A DNA stretch of 64,000 bases from Octopus vulgaris. Its lineage: Eukaryota. The DNA lies in the NCBI GenBank assembly GCA_951406725.2, contig OX597827.1, positions 84,134,001 through 84,198,000 of the forward strand, given 5' to 3'. Under the pieces are notes generated by a model. It saw only the letters and a program-made list of their open reading frames with translations, searched no databases and was not told the DNA's origin. Below, in pieces: positions 55,626 through 64,000 of this stretch. Position numbers and translations under genes: made by a program. How positions within the stretch are numbered: position 1 is the stretch's first letter; every line of letters begins with the position of its first letter.

Positions 55626-56831
55626 CAAATATTTCTAACCTATCAAATGTAGTTTTCTTGATAACACGTCAAAACAGCTTGAAGGGCGACCACCCGTGTC
55701 GTGGTCGGGTTGCAGGGGTTGGGGGTGCGAGAGGGTAATGGTGGTAAAAGTAGAAACGTATTTGAGGTGATAATGCAGACCGTATTGGTGGTGGTGGTGA
55801 TGGTGGTGGGTGAGTTTGATGGAAAATGAGTGAGGTGGTCTCTGCTGACAGCCTTAGAGCACACTGACCGTACAGAGGTGGTGGTGGTGGAGGTGGTGCA
55901 GTAGACGCAAGAAGGAGGAGGAGACAAAGAGAGCGGGTAGTGAGGCGTCCGTCTGAAAGTCTGCAAGATTCCGCCTTAATTAAGGTGTGGAGCTGAAAGG
56001 TGGTGCGTCTCACTAAATATCCACTTACCTGTACAATATGATAAAGGTGTATACAGCTATATACACCTGTAAACACGTATATACACCTGTTATACAGGTG
56101 TAATCAGCCGTGCATACAAATATTCACAGCATTCTCACCTAGAGTGTAGGTGGGGTACTTTTAATTTACTAATGTCTCCTAATTCTTCCACTACGCCTTC
56201 TCCTCTTGTTCCTTCTTCTTCTTCTTCTCCTCCTCCTCCTCCTCCTCCAACTCTTCCTCAATGGCAAGACCCCGCCAGTGACTCTTGTCCCCTGTGCCAC
56301 CAGCACCACAAACTCATGTTGAAGTCTGGATTAGAATAAACTTGAAGTGAATGAATAAAAAGCAACGGGCCCAAGGAGGGGCGAGATGGTGGTGCGTGGT
56401 ATTGAACCTAGTCAGAGTGGGCGATACTCGACAGTGATGGTGATGATGGTGATGATGACGGTGATGGTAGTAGTAGTGATATTTGTGGTTATGACGATAG
56501 TAGTAGTAGTAGTAGTTGAGGTGGTGGTAGTAGTTTCGGCGATAGTATCAGTGGTTGTTGACAATTCTTATTTGTTCAGCTGTTTTATCTCAATCGTTCA
56601 TTTTTGTGCGATAACGTTGACAGCTCCACCGGCGCCATCGCCTCCTCTTCTTCCCCATACACACACACATACATACATATGTACATACATACATACGTAC
56701 ATATGCATATGGAAATCTCTCTCTCTCTCTCTCTCTCTCCAAAACACATATGCACTGTAAAGCTCGATACGTAACCAAAAATTCGAGCTCTTTAGTTCGG
56801 ACCATTCTCCACTCCTACATCCAAATTTGTT

Positions 56832-56907
<76 letters not shown>

Positions 56908-56919
56908 CTAACCCCCTTT

Positions 56920-56982
56920 AAGGCGGCGCTCCAGCATGGCCGCAGTCAAATGGGTGAAACAAGTAAAAGAATAAAAGAATAG
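56920..56982 (+). mobile_element. Isolated SINE/CR1 3' tail
   Basis: GGCGGCGCTCCAGCATGGCCGCAGTCAAATGGGTGAAACAAGTAAAAGAATAAAAGAA. Confidence 0.7.
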
Positions 56983-57951
56983 ACACAACACACACACACA
57001 CACACACACTCATGCATATTTTTCTATTTCTATATTTGTTTTTAAATACATCCCTTATATCTCTTACACATACACACCTCGTTTTGAATAATTTTGTTAA
57101 TTCTTGTTTATAAATTCTTTTGTACTATGCATTCGCGCGCGCGCGCGTGTGTGGTGTGTGTGTGTGTGTGTGTGTGTGTTGTGTGTTAGATTGTTAGATT
57201 TAGATATTGACAGAGATAAACTCAAGTGTGCGTATGTGTACGGCGTTCCACACACCTACGGCTCCACATGCACAAACACAGCCGTCAACATGGAGTGTTG
57301 GCGGTAAATTTAATAAAGATAAGTGCATATTTATGGCTGCCAAGTCAAACGGCAAACCGTGTCAGTGTGAAGCAGGTCAACAGTTGTGTCGGGGTGGAAC
57401 TAGCTGGGTCCTCACTCGTCGCTTCGGCCACACCTCACTGAGTTCGTTCCTCCACAGTGGTTTACAAGGAGAGGGAAACGACGATGATAGCAGCGACAAC
57501 AACAACAACAACATATGTAAAAACAACCGTAATATCAACAATAACAACGACTAGAACAAATTTGCAACAAAAAAAGCCTTCAACGCCACCGACACCATCA
57601 GCAACTTCAATTACAATTACGACAACAACAACAACAACAACAAGGCTAGAGTCAGAGAATAGTCTGAAGAAACAAACCAAACGGAAAGAAAAACCATTTC
57701 AATGTCTTTCTACTATTTTTGTTGGTTCATTTAAATTACAAAAAAACAATAAAATTATTGTAAATATTATAAGTTTTATTGTCTTTCTCTGAGTTACACT
57801 CGATTCTGAAAGATTGACACTCAACTCCCGCAAATTTACACTCAACTCTTCAACTTTTGTTGAATCCTTATTTTTGTTCCACTTCTAGTATCAAGTTCTT
57901 TGTGTTCGCTCCTGTCTCCACCTACCGACGAATTGTGTTCCCCAACCTGAC

Positions 57952-57997
<46 letters not shown>

Positions 57998-58802
57998 CAC
58001 AATACGCATACATAGACACAAACGCACAAACACACACGACGGGTTGTCATAACGTTTGGTATTTATTAAACCCCCGACTCACAAATGCTTAGTTAACCAG
58101 AAGGTAGAGAAAAAATCCCTTTGTCCGAAATACCGTGTACTAAGATCGAGCCCCAAACCACTGTCTCCATACTTATGTTCGAAAATCCTGTAACAAAGGA
58201 GCAATTAAAATTGGTATATTTCCATAGTTGTCACCATAGCAACCACAAAGCAAACTCTCTGCTCCCCAGCCGGCTCCGCATATTTCCATTTAATTGTTAA
58301 TTTAGAGTTGTCTACCTTGTAAATGTTGATAAGAATTATCATTAAACCTAATAATTATCTTCAGTAGCAATGTAATTATTGTTGATTAAACATGTATTAG
58401 GGTTGTGCATATGTCCACGTGATTTGGGTCAGCCCTCGTATTGCCCCACGTTCTTGTAACCGTACAAAGAGAGAACTGTGTATGGATTCAGTTGGTTTGT
58501 CAGAAATGGGAGGAGAGGGGAGGGGAACATCTATTTCCTTCTTATGAAAAGAAGACAGTTCCATCAGTAAGGGGTTTTAGGCAGGTTAAGAACTCCCTAA
58601 TGTGGATACTTCTTCAGAGATGTATAAATGGAGGATATTGTATATAGCTGTTGTAGCCATGGTAACACTGTATATATGTAACAATAACAGCTGTGAGTAT
58701 ATTTGAACCAGTGCTTTGAATAGGGTATGGCCAGCCATACAGACTCTGTGTGCATGTGTAAGTCGGACTGTCTATCTATCTTTCTTTCTATATATCTATC
58801 TA

Positions 58803-58869
<67 letters not shown>

Positions 58870-59496
58870 TTCTATATATCAATATCTTTATGTACATAAA
58901 TGTACATACCATAGTTATATGTGTGCGTGTGTGTGTGTGTGTGTGTGCGTGTGCGTGCGTGCGTGTGTGTGTATATATTTATGTAAGTCCTACACAAAAC
59001 ACACACATATTAGTTTGGTATGTGTGAGTGACATGTCTTGAGTCTGCTGTGTTCCTGTTTCATGTCTTCAACCAAAGGTTATCTCTGCATCTTTATCAGA
59101 CCTTTCTTTTTCGTTTAGCCAAATAATGTATTTGGGTCCATTCACATTTCAACTCTTTCTCGATTTCATCTTTTGAATGAAGGAATGATTGTAGCATGTT
59201 GTTGATGCTGATTTCCCTATCATTTAACTCTTAGCTCCTGCTTACTTTATAATTTATTTCATCCGTCCTTTATTTGTGTTGATTATTGGCTTGTGTTTTA
59301 ATTTTAATAAACATTCCATAGCCAATCTAATTTTTTTGTTTCCTGTACTGTTTCCTTGTTGTACATCTATGATCAAACACCGAGGAAATGTCGTAACTGT
59401 ATTTTTTTCAGATCTCACAGTTGAAGTCAAGAAGTTGTAAACTTCTTGTTGAGAAAGTTGTTCACTCTGTTGTTATTGTAATATTTACTAACCATA

Positions 59497-59705
59497 AGGC
59501 GGCGAGCTGGCAGAAACGTTAGCACGCCGGGCGAAATGCTTAGCGGTATTCCGTCTGTCTTTGTGTTCTGAGTTCAAATTCTGCCGAGGTCGACTTTGCC
59601 TTTCATCCTTTCGAGGTCGATAAATTAAGTACCAGTTGCGTACTGGGGTCGATCTAATCGACTGCCCCACCCCCAATTTCAAGCCTTGTACTTAGAGTAG
59701 AAAAG
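59497..59705 (+). mobile_element. tRNA-derived SINE (GCCTTTCATCCTTTCG core family)
   Basis: GGCGGCGAGCTGGCAGAAACGTTAG..GAGTTCAAATTC..CCGAGGTCGACTTTGCCTTTCATCC. Confidence 0.85.
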
Positions 59706-60178
59706 AATATTTACTAACTATGAACTTGTCGTTTCGTGTTTATATATGGTGTAGTCTGTTTTGGGATTTCAGTTTTAATGGAATCTGAAACAAACATCAA
59801 TTACTGACAGTTACCGGGAGCTTTTGGCTGGCCAAACCAGAGAACGAAGAAAGTCCATTCTCGCGCCGCACACAGAGACAAAACAGATAAAAACAATCCT
59901 TAAACACACACAGGTTGAACCTAGATATATAATATACCTATTAGTATATAATATACGCTATATATAGTAAACACAAATAAGCTATACATACATATAGCAT
60001 ATTTGTACTTATATAGTATACCAACCGAAATTGCAAAGGTAATCTGGAAGTCGATTGAGGAAAGAAAACTCTGAATGACCCGTCCTTGTTTCCTTGTATC
60101 GTCTATCTGGATGTTTTGTTGTCCCTTTTATCTATCACCTAACAGTCTGGATGTTTTGCCTTCTTGTCCCATATTGAG

Positions 60179-60211
<33 letters not shown>

Positions 60212-60212
<1 letters not shown>

Positions 60213-60365
60213 AGGCGGCGAGCTGCTGGACTCGTTACCACACCGGACAAAATACTTCCTGACATTTCTTCTGAGTTCAAATGCCGTTGAAGTCAACTTC
60301 GCCTGTCACTCTTTTCAGAGTCGATAAAATAAGTACCAGTTGTGTGCTGAGATCAATCTAATCGA
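60212..60365 (+). mobile_element. Degraded copy of the same SINE family
   Basis: GGCGGCGAGCTG..GAGTTCAAAT..GTCGATAAAATAAGTACCAG. Confidence 0.7.
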
Positions 60366-61222
60366 TTCGATATTGTTATTGCCTCTCGCTAAAATATATT
60401 TTCGTAACAAGGTCACTATCCATCGTATTAGTATATACATTATAATAAATACACGCGATTAAATGTATACTGTTCCACATATATACCATTTTATTTTGTG
60501 TGCCATTATTTAATGGCATATCAAGGAGTCAGGATGGTCGTACCTGGAACGCCTTCGGTTATACACCTACTGTATCAGAATTGACCTAGGGCCACACAAG
60601 AACAACAACTGTCCTAATTTTCATCCTCTCTCCTTCCCTTCTCTCTCTTTCTCTCCATATTACTCTCCCGTCTCTTCCTTTTCCTAAACAGTCCCCCCCT
60701 TCAGTTAATCCCCTATCCACAGTCACACCTCTGTTCCCCCGTCCTACACCACCCTTTACCCGCCTTTACCTTAATCACGTGACTTGTCCCAAGACACATA
60801 AAACATGGCTGACAACAAGACTTCCGTCGGTCACTCATTTCTGCCGTCGCTTAGAGTCTTGTGTCGTAATAAAGTAGACACCATCCCCATCGCACTATAC
60901 CACCACCACCACCACCACCAAAATCATCATCATCATCATCATCATCAACAACGACGACGACAACAACAACAACAACAACAAAAACAGCAGCAGCAGTAAA
61001 AACAACAGCAACAACAATAAGACAGTCCATTGTTAGCTGTTCTGGAACTGAATTATTCAGTCAACCAAATTCTCCTGAAATATCTGGAGAATATTTACCA
61101 ATAACAGAGAGTGTATATATTTATATAGATACACTTGGATACACTAACACACGCACGCGCCTGCGCTCACTCTCATTCGCTTACATACACACACATATAC
61201 AAACACACATACACACACACAA

Positions 61223-61262
<40 letters not shown>

Positions 61263-61328
61263 ACACAGACACTCATACACAGATATGTAAATATGTATGT
61301 CTAGAAATATATATACCTCTATCTATTC

Positions 61329-61387
<59 letters not shown>

Positions 61388-61433
61388 CATAATAAGCGCA
61401 AAGACATGTGCATGCTAATGTATGTGTTGAATA

Positions 61434-61534
<101 letters not shown>

Positions 61535-61539
61535 CACTG

Positions 61540-61735
61540 CACTTATTTGACAACATAAACTTCCACAAAGCGGATTAGGGATCAATCAGAAAGGATCTGT
61601 CCTTTATCGACTGGTCCTTCATTCTCAGTTCCACTGACACTGAAACCCCATGGCAGCACTTTGAGGACATTGTCACCTATACATGATCAAAACACGCTCC
61701 TACGAAATCCATTTACACAAACAGAAACAGGCTCC

Positions 61736-61785
<50 letters not shown>

Positions 61786-62910
61786 CTCATCAGACGCATC
61801 AAAAGACTTAATAAAAAAATCAATCAATCAATCAAAATACTCCCACATGCAACATCCACATTCAACAACAATGAAAAGGCTGGAGTTGGAAAACATGAAA
61901 ACCAGCATTGAAAAATCAAAGAGCTGCAGAGGAACAGGGTAATAAAAAAAAATCAAACTGGACCAAAAAGTGTTTCATTCATCTGCAAATAAGAATAGGA
62001 CAGCTCTTATACCACATCGATGATATCCTTAAAACCTTGGGATCAAGTTCGAGCTCTGATGTCATATATCTTGACTTCAGTAAAGCGTTCGACAATGTTG
62101 ACCATAATATCCTACTGTCAAAATTGTCAAATGTTGGAATCCGTGGAGAACTTCAACACCGGATTGAGTATTTCCTGGAGAACAGAACACAAAATCTTGT
62201 GATCGGTGGAATCCACTGAAGCCCGGCAAAAGTCACCAGTGGTTCCCCTCGGCGGACTGTCTTGGGTCCGCTCCTCATTATAGTCTATATAAACGACTTT
62301 TCTAGCGTCATAAAACACAGCAAAGTGAAAATATTCGCTGAAGAAGAAGAAGACCGAACTGAACTCCAGTCTGATCTATATGCTGTGAGTCAATGGGCAG
62401 ACAGAAACAAAATGCAACTAAACGAGGGAAAATTTGAGCTGATGCATTTTGGAAGAAAGACTATGCTAAAACAGCCATACTCTCTTCCTTCAGGGGAACC
62501 ACTCACAGCTTGTAAATATCAGAGACCTAGGAGTAATTGTTGATAACAATCTTAGCTGGAGTGCCCACATCAACACTAAGGTCGATATAGCTCGTAGGAT
62601 GAGCTCCTGGATCCTAAGATCCTTCCGGTCCAGAGAACAAGGTGTCATCATTCCTCTTTTCTCCTACTTTGCACGGCCATACCTCGAATACTGCTGCCCC
62701 CTGTGGTCTCCCCATACAAAACAAAACATCTCGAAAATTGAATCATCCCAGAGGTCGTTCGCAAAAAGAATTAAGGGCATGACTGATTTCGAATCAGATC
62801 AAAGAGGAAAAGGATCCCATCACCTTTAAACGGAATCTGGACAAATTTCTTCAAAGAATACCAGGTAAGCCACCCATACCTGGATACAACTCACTCAACA
62901 AGAACTCCGT
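61540..62910 (+). mobile_element. Degraded, internally deleted CR1 copy related to 39490-41685
   Basis: DVIYLDFSKAFDNVDH, GPLL.IVYIND, LEYCCPLWSPHT. Frameshifts, an (AG)n insertion, and a large deletion near 61990. Confidence 0.88.
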
Positions 62911-63506
62911 TTGCATAAATTTAGATATACGTACGCGCTTGCACTGACTCCTGTGTACGTGTTTACAAATATGAACGTGTGTGTGTGTGTGTGTGCAGTA
63001 AACAATTATAAATTAGCAGAAAACCTATGCACGTGGTTTTCATCCGCACACATTTATAAAGGTGCACCTATATGTATTGAATGTATATGTATATCTGTTT
63101 ATGTATGAGCTAGTGTGTGTGAACATACGCACGCACACACACATACACACACACGCTCACACACACACATACACGCACACACACATTTAAATATTAGAGC
63201 GTTATTACATAAGAAGTAATCCACGATTAAAATAAAAAAAGTGCCGAAGCCTCTTTAATTACAATAAATACTTTTAAGTTGGAAATTGTTTGATTTTAGG
63301 CAGAAATTCTCAAAGCCTTCATATGGAGACGACTTTGGTGAAAACAGGGAACGATGATGGGGTGCGGAGCTGAAAGGAGATGGGAGCAGTCACCAGAAAC
63401 GGGAAGTGAAATAGGTAAGAAAAAAAAAACGAAAAGGAACAAACTGAATGATGTAAATTTTTGAGGGAAAAGAATTAAAACAAGTATTTTCCTATTGGAG
63501 AGGATA

Positions 63507-63690
63507 GGGTGGTGAGCTGGCGGAATGGTTCGCAGGCCGGGGGAAATGCTTTGCGGTATTTCGGCCAACTTTACGTTCTGAGTACAAATTCCTCCGAGGT
63601 CGAGTTTACCTTTTGTCCTTCCGGTATCGATAAAATAAATACCAGTTGAGTACTGGGGTCGGTGTAATCGGCTAGACCCCTCCTCCCTGA
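63507..63690 (+). mobile_element. tRNA-derived SINE (same family as 59497)
   Basis: GGTGGTGAGCTGGCGGAATGG..CCGAGGTCGAGTTTACCTTTTGTCCTTCCGGTATCGATAAAATAAATACCAG. Confidence 0.8.
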
Positions 63691-64000
63691 AGCCAATATT
63701 TCGGGAGGATGAGTTTAAAAAATATTTAAATGTAGATTTCCATGGAGATTATTGGTTGGTGAAGTGAAAGGAAAATTACTGAAGTTGGATGGGGTGAGAG
63801 GAGTGATTGGCTGAAAAGAATTGGATGAGTAAAGTAATTAATTACTTTTATGCTAATTGGGACAGGAAAAATGAAGCAAGGTAAGTGAGGAATGTATGAG
63901 ATATTGAAAGTCGATCTCGTTGTAAGGGGTTCAAAGATAATTCTAGATAATGTATGGTGTAGAAGTATAAAAAAAAAGGCAGTGAGAAAGGGAGTTCTTA

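Noticed and set aside
60805-60999. Poly-His/Gln ORF resembling a transcription-factor tract
   Set aside because: Compound CAC/CAT/CAA/CAG microsatellite with no splice or domain support.

Overview
This is AT-rich, microsatellite-dense eukaryotic DNA. Its repeat content (RTE and CR1 LINEs, tRNA-derived SINEs, Penelope-like elements, Helitrons, long (TA)n/(CA)n tracts) points to a cephalopod, probably Octopus (inference). The main host feature is a minus-strand multi-exon gene that the ORF track shows only in fragments. I assembled 10 exons between 28991 and 3058 by hand; all have canonical AG/GT ends and matching phases, giving about 851 codons. The product reads as three tandem copies of an unnamed beta-rich repeat, then a divergent malectin-like domain, then an FBA (Fbs1/FBXO2-type sugar-binding) domain. 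Its start codon is not visible and its last exon is uncertain. The introns hold Penelope-like relics with recognisable minimal hammerhead ribozymes, a Helitron with both termini, RTE fragments and SINEs. About 32.4-37.1 kb looks like low-quality or fold-back assembly. A 731-aa CR1 ORF2 segment abuts a 100-N gap at 41707-41806. Right of the gap the DNA appears CpG-richer and contains SINEs, R4/Dong-like relics, nested Helitrons and weakly supported exons of a second minus-strand gene.
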